Assembly (NCBI GenBank): GCA_951406725.2
Contig: OX597817.1
Coordinates: forward strand, 45,012,001-45,076,000
DNA: 64,000 nt
Direction: 5' to 3'
Source of the DNA: Octopus vulgaris
Lineage: Eukaryota
Position 1 is the first letter of the stretch. Each line of letters starts with the position of its first letter. Made by a program: the position numbers and the translations under genes. Positions 40,601-57,790 of this stretch are shown here, one piece after another. A model generated the notes under the pieces. The model saw nothing but the letters and a program-made list of their open reading frames with translations, had not been told where the DNA came from and made no database searches.

Positions 40601-42940
40601 TAATTTATCTCATCTGCTATACATTAATAGATCAACTATTCCTTGTACTTCAATGATATATTTTTTGCTTATTTTGAAATTAATACAACGTCGATGATCG
40701 ATTTACATGTATATATACTACAAAGCAAACGGGAACTGAAAGTTTCATCTGTGGTATATTCAAATTTTTATTTTATTATTTTAACAAAAAAAAAAAAAAG
40801 AAAAGGAAGACAGATTTAATGCATAAATAGTTGAATACTAATTTAAGTTTTAACGTATGTTTAAGAAGAACAGCATACCATTCACTCGTGAGAATCTCAA
40901 CAGTGATAGAAGAGCCAAGCATAAATGTCATTTGCTTAGATTTACAGTTTCTCCTGGCGGTTTATTCAACCAATGATATTTGAATAACTTATATGTGGAC
41001 ATTGAAGTTCCAGTAGCAACGAAAAGTATAAACGCTTATAAAATATATAAATATGTTAAAGCAAGCAGTCATAATAATTTCCCAACGAAACTTCACTTCA
41101 GATCTAGTCAGTGACTCTAAGTAGCATACCAAATTATACACCAAACTATCAAGTAAATTTGTACGTAGAAAAATATATTAACTGCCGCTTTTTTCCTTAA
41201 TTATTTTGTCTTTATGTGTACGTGGATATTCGTATGTAACTTTTAACACATATAACAATCGATTCTATAATGAATTCACGTTGAATAACATATAGATCCT
41301 AATTTCTGACAGGAATAGCTGGAGGAAAAATGTATTACATAAATACATACGTACGAAAGTGTGAATTTGGTAAAGAAAAGGTTGAAAATCATGAATAAAA
41401 AAAATCTAAAATACTGCCTCCTGAACAACACTACCGTACACATTTAATATATGTGCAATTTAATGGTGTTGAAAGGTATGCTGTATTTAATATTAAACGC
41501 TAAAGACATCCTCCATTTGATGTTAAATAACAACATTCTTTAACATTAAAAACAGCATATCTTTACTGGAATTGCACATAAATTTCTTGAAGTAATAATT
41601 AAGTTACACTAATTATTTTCGTCATAGTATATCACTATCAGATGCAATATCAAATTAGTACTATATACATTTTACGTAGTTTGGTAATATAATATCTATG
41701 CATGAGTTGTTTGTAAATGATCACTCAATATTTAATATTTTCGTCGTGTGTCTTCTTTCATAAGAAATTAACTTTTATTCTAAAGAATGGTCACATAGAA
41801 TATCGTAATTACTCCACCATTAGGAAATATTAATAAATGTCTGAACGATTTTAATAAAACTTTCCTGAAATCTAATATTTATTAAATTTTCTAAAGGTAC
41901 CATCTAAGAAATGTTACATACAGGAAATTATTCACATCAGCCGTTGAAATGCGGTGATATAGTCTTATAGAAAGTAATCAAACGAAAGGAGCAATAAAAA
42001 TATTAATTTGCGAAGTCGAAACCATTTCGGATGTCAGTCCTTTAGAACTGTACATATATCATTTGGAAATTTATAACGTACTGCATTTCTCAGAATATTG
42101 ATTGGAATTAGTCGATTCACGGGATAGATAAAAAAGAAATCGTCCAAGTATCCAAGTATGTAAGGTAATATATTTTCATCCACTCAAATGGTAATCGTAA
42201 CAGATTGATGAGTAGGACACGTTCTATATCGCCTTTGCAAAAGAGCGGAAAGCGTGATTCATAATATTGAATAAGATGCAAAGCTTTATAGTATTCTGTA
42301 GTAATATCATCTATCGGAAAAGGTTAGATAAGTAACAGAACTTGTGTGGATCTAATACTTTCCAAATGAGCATCATGGAAGTTTGAGCTGGGGCTTGTCT
42401 ATAAATGAGAATCGAAACGTCGTACCGGCTCTTTTCAGAAAGGTTTCACACTGGTAACGAGTCGTTTAAAAATAATCAAAAAGAAAATAAATTATAAGAT
42501 ATTTAGAACTTGATATGTTAATTAATAGTGGACCGATTTCTATGAACATTAAAGTTGATATTATCAAGAATCACATGGGATACGTATCTGATGGAGATAG
42601 ATGAGAAAATTAAAATGCTCTTAAGAGGCTGCAAATGAGTTTAAGATAACTACGTAACAATTCAAAGGAAAGGTAAAAGATCAATTGCTACAACTTTCAA
42701 TGAGACATTCATATGATTTAAAAGTCAGACATTAGGTTTCTTAAATGATTTTAGTAATATACATGGTTTGAATTTAGACAGACACACTCACGAATACACG
42801 CACTGAATCAAACACACATTTGCACACACATTAGCATAGAGAGAAACCACTAAAAATACACCACCAACGACACAAGCACAGGAAGACAACGAAACTCCTA
42901 CAAGCAGAAATATGTTTCTTATTGTCTCTTCAATCAACCG

Positions 42941-42994
<54 letters not shown>

Positions 42995-43143
42995 TACACA
43001 TTTATACATCTGCAAATTTGTATGATATACATACATACATACATATATATATATGTATATATATATATGTACATATATATATATATATATGTATATATAT
43101 ATGTATATATATGTATATATATATATATGTATATATATATGTA

Positions 43144-43188
<45 letters not shown>

Positions 43189-43974
43189 TGTGTATATATA
43201 TATGTGTGTATGTGTGTGCGTTTGTATGTCTAGGTATGTATGCGTACATACATTCATGCATAATTGATATTCACAGACTCATCTGCGGACACACTCTCAT
43301 CACGCACACACAAACATGTATATATCGAGGCTGGTATACCCATGCATACATTTGGTCTTAGTGCATTTAACATTTCATCTTATGTATGAGTTTGTAACCT
43401 TGTCCATTGTTACCTCATATGTCATAAGCAGCAGAGTGGAAACATGTCTCAGCAGATATAAAGAGATAAATAGAAGACGATACGGAGAGAAAAGATTTCA
43501 ATTGAATTCACTCAAATTTATTACCAAGTGTTGAAGAATGTGAAAGCAAAGAGGGAGAGGAGGACAAAGTGATTTGAAGGCAATGAAGCAGCAGAACTAG
43601 AAATTCAGAAAGCAACAGATAGAATGAGCCAGACGAGTTGATTATCAGGTTCAAAATGGACGCTGTTTAACAGAAGATGCAGACAATTTCATAAAACTTA
43701 TACATTGAAAGGAAAATGTTTTAATATCTCGTAACATCCATACTCACCGGCATTTTATTGACTTTTAATCAAGATGTTGCATAGCTGGAATGAGAATCTT
43801 CATTAAATGGAACTATCGAAGAATTTTCGGGTAGTATTATGGAAGGGACAGAATTACATTTCCCATATTCACTAGATGTTGTTAAGAATCTAACTAGACT
43901 CCATTACTTGTTTTTATCTCTTATCTTCGTTCACCACACACACACACACACACATATATATATCTATATATATA

Positions 43975-44005
<31 letters not shown>

Positions 44006-44063
44006 ACATACAAATATAAATATATATATACAAAATTATTAGTATGTATATGCACATATAACC

Positions 44064-44122
<59 letters not shown>

Positions 44123-44722
44123 TATATGGGCATACTTACATATATTATGCATATATATATATTTATATATTTAAGTATATACATGTATGTATATATAGGT
44201 ATACATATGTGCATTTATATACAATTATACATATAAATATATATATGTATATCGATCATGTATATCGATCATGTATATCTATATATGTAAATCTATTTAT
44301 ACATACCATACACATAACGTGCATACGTGAGTATGTGTGCATGTTCACGTGTGTATTACTATATTTTGTTACTTAAAGGAAAGGCTACATGTCTGTGTAT
44401 ATCCGACCAAATATGAATGCCCGAATGTGCATACATTTATGAATATAAGTGTTTGTTCTTATGTATGTATACATGACTGCATCTGTACGTATATGAGTAT
44501 GCAAGTTCACAAATTTAGGCGTCTACATATAAACCGTTGCGTACTTCAATAGATCCATGCATTTATACGTGCGTACATGTATGCTAATATACGTCCACGC
44601 GTCTGTGAATGCGCACACGTGTGTGTGTATGATTTTGCGTACGTAGATTATGCACTTGCTGCACGTACGTGTACAATTATAAGTGTGTTTCTCTGAGTGT
44701 GTATATATATATACACATATAG

Positions 44723-44788
<66 letters not shown>

Positions 44789-44819
44789 TACATATATATA
44801 TATATGTATATATATATAC

Positions 44820-44866
<47 letters not shown>

Positions 44867-45799
44867 CATATCTTTGTATATATGTATGCATGCGTTTATG
44901 TATATGTACGTATATATTTAGGAACGTATGTGTGTATACAAGGGGACATATTGAATTGAATATTTGAATCAAGTAATCTCATGATGACAGAGATATAGAG
45001 ATATATTAACTGTTGACCAGGGACAAATTTTAATCGGTTTTAACAGTATAGTTTCCTTTTGAGTAGGAGTTGATGATATCTCTCACCTACACGTGCTTTT
45101 ATCTCTATAGAGATATTAATTTAACGGAGCAAAGTTAAAAGTTAATATGAGAACTAAAGCAATGACCCCCGACTGTATTTATAAGTGGAATATAGAAAAT
45201 TGATGGTTGAAGTTATATATATGGTTGTTATCGATGTGGTTTCGTTGATGTTAGCGATTACACTGCTGACAGGAATATACGGTTAGAATCGGAGTTGGTT
45301 AGTGAACTTTTGTTCCAAGATTTTGTGATAATATTTTAATTTCAAGAGATTGTTACAGGTTTAATGTCATCCGTATGGCGACCAAGTCACAGATACAAAC
45401 ACATGTGCATATGTACATCCGGATCATACACATATATATATTTGTAGATACATATATATGTACATGCACGCATGTAGTGTAGTATGTACGGATTTGTATA
45501 TGTGTGAGCTTATTTGCGTGTTTGCCTTTATTGTTCATCGCTAGATAACATGTGTATCTGTGCTTATGTCCTTACAACCTAGCGATTCGGCAAAGCAGAG
45601 TTGTGTGAAAATTACAGCACAAAAATGATTACTTGTTTTGATTTGAATGACTAAAGCAAGCAAGATGATGTAGCCTGACCGCAGTACATTGAAACAAAAA
45701 GTAGAGGTAAATAATAACGACGTACGCCCCTCACACACACAGACATACATCCACACTCACACATACAGACAGAGACACATACATGTATGTGAATGCTTG

Positions 45800-46445
45800 T
45801 AGGAGGGTGGGCCGAATAGTTCATAGATTGACTATGACGTAGTGTTGCTATAGTTTTGAAAACCTGCATGAATTTCAACCCATCTTCCCAATAACGTTAT
45901 TGTCTTTTGCTTGGTAAGGTGGCATCTGATTATATAAGGAAGTTTACAAAAGCAATTAGTGACGTCTTCTCTTGAGAACGGGCGAACTTTGGCATCATGG
46001 TGTTACATAGTATCTGCAGAAAAGAGGTTTATTCCCCAACAATATCTATGCTGATATGGTTGCTAAATCAACAGATAATACTCTAGCTTTATCATGAGCA
46101 CAAAAGTGTGAAACTAAATTCAGGATCGGTAGGAGAATCTTGAAAATGATACAGGGTCTGGATGTCCTTCAACTGTCATCAGCGAGAAAAACAGTGATCA
46201 TGTTCACCACTCGGTGATGAATGACAGGCGCTTGACAATAAATCAAATAGCCAATACTTTCAGTATATCCCATGAGAGAGTTGAAAAGAAAGTTGCGCGT
46301 CAAAGGTTTCTGCTTGGTGCGTGACACGTTTTCTGACATCTTACTGAGAGCGTATCAGACTGATCACATCACGAGAAAATCTTAACCCCTTTGTTTCCTT
46401 GCTCCATTAAGGCAGATGCTGCTGGGTTTTTTTTAAACGTTTCCT
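45800..46445 (+). mobile_element. Tc1/mariner (mariner-type) remnant: TIR-like end and N-terminal transposase
   Basis: NLENDTGSGCPSTVISEKNSDHVHHSVMNDRRLTINQIANTFSISHERVE...KVSAWCVTRFLT matches the mariner HTH and WVPRLL region; stops and deletions present. Confidence 0.85.
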
Positions 46446-47215
46446 AATGTTAAAGTGGATGTACAGCTTATCATTTGCTACAAATACTACTTTTATCATA
46501 ATCAATGTTGTACACACTGCCAGCCATTTGTGACACCAGTGACTGATTAATACTGTTTTTTTTTCTGTATTAGTAACGAGGAAATTTGGTTAAGCATAAG
46601 CTGATTGTGGATACTTACAGCTGATGACATGAAGCATGCAGTCCCGACTTTAGTGTTGACATTTTCCATTGGCTTCTGATATTTTTGTGAGATTTTTTAT
46701 TAGCACCGATGAAACTTTGCCTGCATGATAAACTAAAATCTAGTTCAATTATAGTCCAATAAACACGTAGAATGGGCCCGCTAGGGAGGGTGGACGCTTA
46801 TACGATAAAATGAGAAGGGTGTAAACATTGTAAATGTGAGGGAAATGCGGTGGTATAGTGAGTGTGGCTGATACCAGGGAAGGAGAGTACAGTGTTGTGT
46901 AAGCGACAAATATGGAGTGGCAGTGGGATATTAACGTTAATACAGCTGTCATTCACGGATATACACGTGACGCTGCGTGCATACTTTCGTAAATACATTG
47001 ATACATGCATGCACACACACGCACACTCATACACAGACTACAGACACACGCACACACAAACATGTGCATACACATAGCTAACTTTTAAAACGACGAGAAA
47101 GAGCAGAAAGGTGCGTGTGAGGAATACATAGCTTGAAGGAGATGGGGTAAGTGGCTTTTCGGATGTTCATCGCAAAGAAACACTCACAGAAACACAAACA
47201 TACATGCATACATAA

Positions 47216-47295
<80 letters not shown>

Positions 47296-47906
47296 GCGTA
47301 CATACATACATACATACATACATACATACATACATACATACATACATACAAATGTCAACTATATACCATTTTAAACTAGTGATTACATGTGTGCGCGTCT
47401 TGGTGTTTGTGTGTGTGTGTGTGTGTGTACGCGTGTGTTTGTATGTTAAATATGATTTTGTTATTTATTTGTTCCGGAAAAATTGCAGAAAAATGTTGCA
47501 GAGGTTTAAAATTTAAGCTATTTACCCAATCAGAGAGCAGGATTCGGAAGCTGGCATTAATTGTATGATAGGGGTGTACCACAAAATGAAATCAAAATTA
47601 TTACGAGGAGGAATTTTTATTAAACAACAAACGAAAGCAAGACATTACGACAAGAAAAGTTGTAAGAGCTTCTGAAGTTTTAATAAGTTTTAATGAATAA
47701 AGTCATGTGAAACGGTCGAACAGACATGTAAATAATTTAAAAAGGAAAAAAAAAAAATTGTCAGCGAAGCATTTGCGAAAAATTGCACAAATCTATCCTG
47801 ATCAAGAGGCCTATCTCTCGGGGAAAGTATGGTCTGACATGAAATAACAAAAAAATTATGACATTCTATTGTAAAATTGTCTGGGAATGACGGGCTATAC
47901 ATCTAG

Positions 47907-47984
<78 letters not shown>

Positions 47985-48131
47985 CCTGTCTATCTGTCTG
48001 TGTATCTTACTATCTATCTATCTGTCTATTTGTCTGTCTATCTACCTATCTATCTATCTACTTGTCTGTCTCTCTATCTAGCAATCCATCTGTATGTGTG
48101 TATGTGTGAATGTATATATGAATGTATGTAC

Positions 48132-48186
<55 letters not shown>

Positions 48187-48799
48187 CGAGTGTACATACA
48201 TTGTGTGTGTGTTTTTGGCGATTAGGCAGTGTTTTTAGATTGTCACTTTTTGTTCCGTCTCCCTGCGCTCTGAGTTCAACTCACGTCAAGTTTTTATCTA
48301 TATCTCTTCCTTCAGTTTCAATAAATAAAACATCTCTTTTATATCTGAAAGAAATTGGCTGTGGTAAGACCCGGAGAGGAATAGATTCAGCAAGGCGGAA
48401 GGTCTTGAATAATATCCAAGCAATACGTTCTTGGACGATGCCATTCTTCCCCCACTTGTAGCTGCATTTCGGAGAAATATTTTGAAAGATGTTTGCCGGA
48501 ATACATATCCAAAGCATGTGCGCTACTATTGTTTCATTTCAGTAAGGAAAGCTTCTTATCTGCCTGCACATTTAGCGTCGTAGCGTCTGCCTTATGCTGT
48601 ATTTGAGATAAGCTACATTCTTCTGAATCACTTTTGCTCCGACGCGTACAATGCCGTTTTATATTTTTCCCAAGATCTATTTGAGTCAAACAATAAGCGC
48701 CACAAAGTGTAATAGCATATTAGCACTCACAATGTTCAAAATGTTCGATAACAGAAACAACAGACACCACCAATCATACAGTTTGCTGATGGTCCATTT

Positions 48800-50860
48800 A
48801 ATGCTTGTTAGTTTTGCTTCAAGAGTTTCTAGCGACCACCCTGTGTGTTCCGTGTCATGTATGAGTATTCAGCTTTCACAACCGACAAGCAGACTACTGT
48901 CTCTGGGTTGTCATACATTTTAAGACTTCTTGGAAAACATCCAACTTTGTCACAGCGAATCAAGTCAAACTAAGTCATACGGTTATCTTCTTTATTGAGT
49001 CTTTATCATTAAATTGTTTAAGTTTATTTAAGTTAAGTCTATACAGTTCGACAAGTTTCGTTTCTTTATTCATCCAGCAAAATGTATAATTCTTCTAAAC
49101 TGACTCTTACCTTGTTCCCAGTTTGAAGATGATTTTTCTGGAAACTTGCTTCGTCGTCTTCCATTAGGTGATTAATATTGGCATAAACTATTTTGCTAAA
49201 GAGTCTTTTCCCTACAGAAAAAGAGGCGCAGAAATCCCGAAGGGTTCCCAAAAAATGGTGCCTACACATAATGAAAATGTTAGCCATCGTTTTGGAAAAG
49301 GCTCCGCTGTACTTTCGGATTACTGCATTTTATAAATGTTCATGCATTGCTTAAATCATTTGAAATGTGTTGTTGTGGAATTTGAAATCCTATGTTATTC
49401 GCCACAAACCACCATGTCAAAATCAGCCAACAATATTTAACATCATTTAAGTTATAGGGCTGTCACTGTTCTTGACTGTGACCACGCAGTATCAACACTC
49501 AGATGACAAATATCTGCGCTGATATAATCCTTTGAATAATACTTATTCTTCAGTTCATTTAAAAGAACTCTTAATATTACATTACTAAGATGACGAAATA
49601 AATCAATGGTTCTCTTATTTTTGGGAATGAGTTTCACCAAGGATTGTATTTGTTTTTCTCGTGCGTTTCTATTTACTTGTGCAATTGCTTGTTATTGCCG
49701 GCCTTATTTCTGTCACATCCTATTTCAAGATGTAGCGTCACGCTCTCTTCTGTAGCACTATAATAATCCTAATTTCGCGAGTGTTAGTTCTTGCATCGCA
49801 TCCACCAGATTGGTGATATCCAAATTGTTCATAACTGTAACTTTTTATGTGATACTTAGGTCATCTTCTAAAAATAGCCATCGTCTTTTAATATCACAAG
49901 ATGAACATTGCTCTTGTCCTACCCTATATTCAGAAGTATTGTGAATCACTTTCACTTGATATCATTCATTTTCGTTCTCATGTTCTTATTCACAGCACGT
50001 ATTCAATTAGTTGCTTCCACATTTACTAATTTTCTCTTTAGACATCGTCTAGTATCACATAACGCTAGGATGTCATCGAAGACCCATAGTTGCAATTAGA
50101 TTTGTCTTAACATTAGCACTTGTAAAGCTTATTCATGAAGTGGTTACTTGATATTGTAGGTCACAGAACTGAAGTCAGAAACCCGGCTACTAACGTGAGA
50201 CGAGAGATTGCTGCAGCCTGTCGAACATTGAAATTATTCACTATGCATCTTAAATATGGAGTTCTTTGTTTATGGGTTTTTTTTCGGTTTAAAGTTGTTT
50301 GTCAACCTCAACATGTATTTACGAAAGTGACATCTGAACTGGGAAATGACAATCATAGTTTTGGCTTGGAATTTTAGAGATGGGAATATGAAGTTATGAA
50401 TGGTGGCATTTAGTGTACATCTTCTGTGGTAGTAAAGTGTTCATTTCTGCAGGTTTTCGACTTCCGAAAATTCTAAAAGTCAATTATTTCATCCAATATC
50501 CAAACCCACGGATTTTATGCATTATTGACCGATTTTGGTATTCAAAATTCCGGAGACGATGAAGATTGCTTTCTGATGAGATGTCTTGATATCTTTCATG
50601 ATGTCTTCTCTTCACTTGTATCACTGTCATATTCAAGAGTCAGAGCATACATTTGTATAATATATCAGGTAATGAGCCAACAGTACACCACTGTGCAGTA
50701 TGCGCCTGAATTTATTCTGCTTTCGGTGACGTTGAAGCGTCACCTCTTCTGTACCATAATTTCTGTCTTTCATCTGTGGTGAATTCTCCATATTCAGTTC
50801 ACCTATTTTCAACTATCTTAAATATTTCCCATGCATATTTGATATGTTCATGTGGTCCTT
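48800..50860 (-). pseudogene. Decayed RTE-clade LINE (APE endonuclease + RT)
   Basis: Collinear minus-strand relics: GEFTTDERQKLWY, IIQMYALTLEYD, IFIVSGILNTKIG (APE); RTIDLFRHLSNVILRVLLNELK and SVGKRLFSKIVYANINHLM (RT, decayed FADD); LLVGCES*IL (LLYGCESWTL). Confidence 0.72.
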
Positions 50861-50949
50861 TCTTCCTATTACAAGTGGCAACCGTACGGAGATAGGACTG
50901 TCTGTTTATGAAATTTAGTACTGTAGTTCGAGAAGACAACAGTTAAGTC

Positions 50950-51345
50950 AAATAAGCCAATACAATCATTCAACAGATGCTTGCGTAGTATACTTAAAAT
51001 TAGATGGCCAGGATACAAGCAATATGGATCTATGGCAAAGAACAAATCAAGTTTCGATTAGGGAGCAAATATTGAAGAAAAAGTGAAAGTGGATTGGTAG
51101 CAAAATTAGAAAAGACACACCAAATGTAGCGAAAAGTGCTTTACAGTGGAAGCCGGATGAATATAGAAGGAAGGGTAGGCCTAAGAACTCATGGCGTAGA
51201 TCAATACAAAAGGAACTAGAGAAAGGGGGACATTTATGGCAGAGTATAAGTACAGAAGCGAAAAATTATGCGACATGGAATTCAATTATAAGTGGCCTAT
51301 ACTCCGCACTGGCGGGTTAAAGGCAAAGACAGAAGAGAGTTAAAG
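50950..51345 (+). mobile_element. 3' end of an RTE-clade LINE
   Basis: FNRCLRSILKIRWP / SNMDLWQRTNQVSIREQILKKK*KWIG...ALQWKPDEYRRKGRPKNSWRRSIQKEL...SGLYSALAG* is a typical RTE ORF C-terminus. Confidence 0.88.
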
Positions 51346-54300
51346 ACGATGGTTGTTGATATCAGGGTCTTTGTAATTGACCCTTCACTAGTATCAACTC
51401 TGAAAAGTAATAGAGCAAATTGTGATCGTTGATTTCTAGTAAGTAAATTTTAAGAGATCTAGAAAATTATGCTATGACAGTGTGTCCATGATTGAACTTC
51501 ATTTGGCTGGGGTAAAGATTGGCGACATCCATCTCCTATACCAGTCTCCTAGCCGTTTATCAAGGTTGGCAGAGAAGCAAACGCAGTTACTGTGATGTGG
51601 ATGTGAAAAGTCTGTGAGTTAGAGATGAGTAAGTTGAGATCCAGTGTGCTCGTCCATACGAGAGCTGTTGCTATCAAACACCAAAATATTCTCTTCACGC
51701 GAATATCTCCAAACATTATTGACGGATACATTTTGACCCGCCTACAAAGCAAAGAAAATATTTTAACTTTTGCAGTAAAGAGTGAGAATTAAATAGCGAA
51801 GAACTGCGGAAGACATATCAGTTGTTGGCCAATCAATGAAATTGCTGAGATATATATATTTGCTATGACTTAGGAAATAACTCATATTACGATTCCTGTT
51901 CCCATAACGAGGGCAAACACGCGGTTTAATGATAATGGCGTTGTAAAATCTGTTCAGGTGTCAAGTATTAAATTCCTGGTGAGACAATATTACAATACTA
52001 ATGTGAGGAGACTGATATGTATTATTGCCTTTGTATTTTGAAGTGTTTGGCATTATTTATTCATTCCGATATACTAGGTTGATCTTGAAAAATAACCTCA
52101 CGTCAGCTCATAATCCAGAGGAAAATTGATTTATATAATTTTCACTTCTCTTTAAAATTCTTGCAACTTGCGTAGCTTTTATACAACTAGTCATTGATTT
52201 CTGCAACATTATATGATGACGTTGTTGTAATTTTATTGCTTTGATAATGGGGAAGGCAGGATAAGCCTGCTGAAGCATAATATGGTAAATAGGAATCAAG
52301 TTAAAATTTCAGTGAAACCTAAATCATGTACTTTAGTTATATATTGGTCTCATTTACTCAGAACTACTACATCCCTCTACATATTGCATGTTATTAAGCG
52401 GCATGTTGTTTGAGACTTGGAGAGAAAAAGCATTTGTATCTCACGCTTACCTCTCTCAGCCTTTCTACCACAACTATAGTAGCATAATGGCCTCTAATCT
52501 TCTGATTTGCTTGAGTTCATGTCCTCTGTACTCAGGAATTCCCGTCTCAATTCTCCTCACTTTATGCTTGTTTGGTGTAATTTCCCACATCTCGCACTAA
52601 CACCTGTACCCAGTCCATCCTTATCAGAAACCCTTCATTTATGACATCCTCCTTCATAGTATTTACACGCATCTTTGCACTTGCTTTAGAAGAACATTTA
52701 TGTTATTAATCTCTCTGGTTTTCAAAGGGTTTCCATAGGAATGGTAACTCTCCTTTCCATCCCTGGAACAACCGTCTGATCTTCCTTAGCATAATATATC
52801 CAGGCCTATGGTAACCAATCTTTCCTTAGTAATTTATGATATTGGTGTAGGATTTAAATAAGACTTTTCTACTATTTTTATTGTTCCAGTGACCTCACAG
52901 ACGTTGCACTTTTAGGTTCGAGCTCTTCTGCGTTGTATCTCTTGTAATAAATATTTACGTTGTTGCTTAGTTTAGGCGGCTCAATATAGCTGAAAGTTTA
53001 AAATGTTATCTTCGTCACGAAGCGATCACTAGTTTGATTTCACAATCACAACACGTTGAACATGTGTCTCGTTACGTGTCTTCGTGGAATGTGATAATTT
53101 GTGCCTGAAATTTGTTAAACAAAGAGTGTATGGAAGCTCGTTGGATGGATTGCACCTGAAATTTAAAGGTCCAACCATGTTATTGTTATTGTGGCATTAA
53201 GGTTCAGTGAGTCTACGGAAAACTCAGTCACTTACACGCTAATTAAATTCGTAATTCGGTTGATCGATAATGAACGCAATCTTGATCGAAAATTCTGACC
53301 GAAGTGACTGAGTCAATGTATTATCAGAAGCATTCTAATCGTGATCATCTCAGCTCTTTGGGGTTATACCGTATTACATTTTCAAGCATGTCCTTTGTTT
53401 ATTTAAGCCGCAAGCAACGGATTTAAGGGAGGTCTGTTTCTGAGTTCTACCAAGGACTTAGAAGTTTATATAGGATCCTTCGATAGTGTTCTGGCATTCT
53501 GATGTGCTGCATCAATGGTAAAAGTTTCAAAATTTCAAAATTTCATGTAGTGGAAAGAACCTGTGCATCGAGACTTGGTGCAGAAAAAATGTAATAATTG
53601 CATGCCCAATGATTCTTTATTTTCCATGCTTGTAGTGCATTCTTAGCATTTCTATATATTTCATTGGGACGGTTGGCTTTCAGAGACAGCTCTATGCCAC
53701 CGATACATTTTACATAGGGGAAAGACTTAAGCGAAGCGAACACTGCTAGATTTTGGAAATAGAAAATTTACACATTGAAAATCTGAACTTCATAATTGAT
53801 TTTTATACTAACAAATTATCTTTGATATAATCTAATAGAATACATTCATTTTATAATAACCAAATAACCATAGTCACGCAGCAACTGTCGAATGCATGAA
53901 CGTTACATTTTTCTTGAGGGATGAAAAACGAAGTCAACTCCGCAGATTTAGAACTCAGAGGATTCAGTTAGACCGGAGATAATAACCATTTGGTTCGAGA
54001 CTTAACGGTTCACTGCCTATGGAAAATATAAAAGTAACTGTGTAGAGGGTACTAGGTTTCTATCAACTAATTTCAAAGAAACGTATTGTGTAGTATATTG
54101 ATGATGGGCTACATATACATAGAGTAAAACTGGCAAATGGTTTAAGGATTACCAAAGACGTTATATAGTAGAATATATGTTTCTATTTCTGTTAATTAAT
54201 CAGTATCCAAACTTCTAAGCTGCGTTGTCGCTTACTTCATCCCTTTCCAATATTTTTACCTTACATAACACATATTAGGAACATATTTAATACAAGACAA

Positions 54301-55345
54301 TTAAATTTGGCGGAAGGTACTTTTTATGTTGTATTGTCCCCAATAATTGACTGGTACTTCATTTTGTCCATCGTGGAGAATAGAATACAAAGGGGACCAG
54401 GATGGCATTAAACCCGGAATTTATAGGGTCAAAAACGTAGGTGAATGTATTTTATGTCTGTATTCTAAGGACTTTCCTAAAAGCGCTTAGTATTATGCTT
54501 TCCTTTATTGAAATATTTGGCTAAAATTTCTATCACTAACAGGAAGCCTACATTTAAGAAAGAATGGTTTACTATATCTTCAAACATCATTTAACATTTC
54601 ACTTTATCGTGATTGCTCGACATATTTTAGAGATAATGAAATAACTCACATATGCCAGTATATGAACGTAAATCTGTTATGAAACATATTTTGTATGTTA
54701 CGAATTAAAAGCTGACCTTTGGAAAATTATGATACACTTAGAGTAAACCATATTTTAGATATAAAGACTTAATATGACCTCTGACTACTGTGTTCAATCT
54801 CAAGGGGAATATGTGATGCAACCGCGTTTTATTACAGCTACTTGTCAGTTAGACCGAAGATAATAATTGACAAATTGCAGCAATGCAGATTTCGAAATAT
54901 ATTCCATCGTACGGGGTCGGATTTAGCAAAATTCTGCTGATGGATTCGCACGTTAATTTCATTCCAGCAGAAAGATGGATAATAAGTTTGACAGTTCTCG
55001 TCTCTCATCTTGCATGAATCTTGCCAAATGACGGATATAACATCAATTACGTTTGACGTTGGAATTAGTGGAAGATTGCTAATACTAAGTAAATGCAGAC
55101 GATCGCATGCCACGCACAGAAGCATTGCAAATGCACATACTCACATACACGTGGAGAAAACTGCATGCCTCACCTACTACACATATACAGTGTAGTAATA
55201 CGAAAGTATTTCGTACAAATATCTATCTATCTATCTATCTATCTATCTACCTACCTATCTTCCATTCTTCCTTTTTGTTATTCTTTAAAACTATGCATAC
55301 ACACATACATTTATACGCACATGCATATATACATACTTACACACA

Positions 55346-55390
<45 letters not shown>

Positions 55391-55403
55391 AATATAAATA
55401 TAT

Positions 55404-55482
<79 letters not shown>

Positions 55483-55858
55483 CACGCACACATATATCTC
55501 GTAATAACTAAGATCTCAAATATACTACCGCATAGATGCACAGCATATTTCATTATGAATGTGTTCAATTATATTCTTATGATTACATTTACATACACGT
55601 GTACATACACTGTCTGAGTTATTATGAATTCGTACACATGTCAAATCACGTGTAATAATGGGTTGATCGGCAACCGGAAAAATATGTGATTACAAAATCA
55701 ACATCATATATTTAGTACTATTTTTTCGTTTATACATTTGAAAATAAATGTGTTCCTGCGTGTAATTGTTATTCAGGTATCCACACATATATGCGTATAC
55801 TTTCAGGCATTAGATATGTACATACATGTATATATACATATGTATATATACAAATGTA

Positions 55859-56930
<1,072 letters not shown>

Positions 56931-57479
56931 TGTGTGTGTGTGTGCTTTGTGTTTGTGTGTATGTGTGTCTGCGTGGGTGTGTGCACATGTTTGTATGTGT
57001 GTTGTGTATGTGTCTATACTTATATTTCTATAGACATGTATATTGTTGATGAAACCAGAATTCAGTTGCGGGTGGTCTGCGTGTGCGAGACATGAATTAT
57101 TTCGTAATAGGGAGAGAAACTACAGTAAAATTGTACCAAGATTAGGGTACCAAACAATTAAGATATAGTTCTTCTTCAGGGTTCGGATGACAGGAAAAAA
57201 AAATGAAAACTTCCAGGCTCCCGATCATTTGTTTGAGCGCTAGGCTGAAACTGATGGGGAACGGAAGGTAATGAGCTTGTTTACGTGAAGCTCAAGTTGT
57301 AAAAAATATGAAGTAAATGAGAGGAAGAGAGAAAATAAAAAGTAAAAGGGAAGAACGGTGTGGAGGAGGCTGAGATGGAAGGACAAATTCAGGTGAGAGA
57401 GAAACTAAGAGATATAAAAAGGGAGTTACTGAACTGAGTTTGGGCTGAGGAATAGAAAGAAACAATTTTATTTATGAAA

Positions 57480-57790
57480 CGTTATATATTCCCTCACCTT
57501 TAATGTGCGGTTCCATGATGTGCAAATATGCCACAAACTTGTGGAAATAAACTACTATTCCACTACAAAGTAAGCAATTGGCTAGTTTATTGCATTGGTA
57601 TGGGCAACGACAGGTTGGCCTGGCATATCTAGTACAATTCTTCGAATATGTTCATGGAAGTAATCGGCAAGGCAACAGTTACTTTCCCCAATGTAAAGTA
57701 CGCTGCAAGTTTTGCAGATCATGCAATGTATGAGGTTGGAAGATGAACAATAAAAGTTTGGCTTCATGATGGTTGCAATGTTCGTAACGA
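57480..57790 (-). pseudogene. GIY-YIG endonuclease remnant of a Neptune-type PLE
   Basis: FYCSSSNLIHCMICKTCSVLYIGESNCCLADYFHEHIRRI...PVVAH, cf. FTCTSSNVIYCI.C..C..LYIGETKRRL..RF.EH...PVA.HF. Confidence 0.8.

Noticed and set aside
43741-43875. Minus-strand exon with strong CCG|GTGAGT donor
   Set aside because: The best frame stops before the donor and no partner exons were identifiable; unsupported without RNA data.
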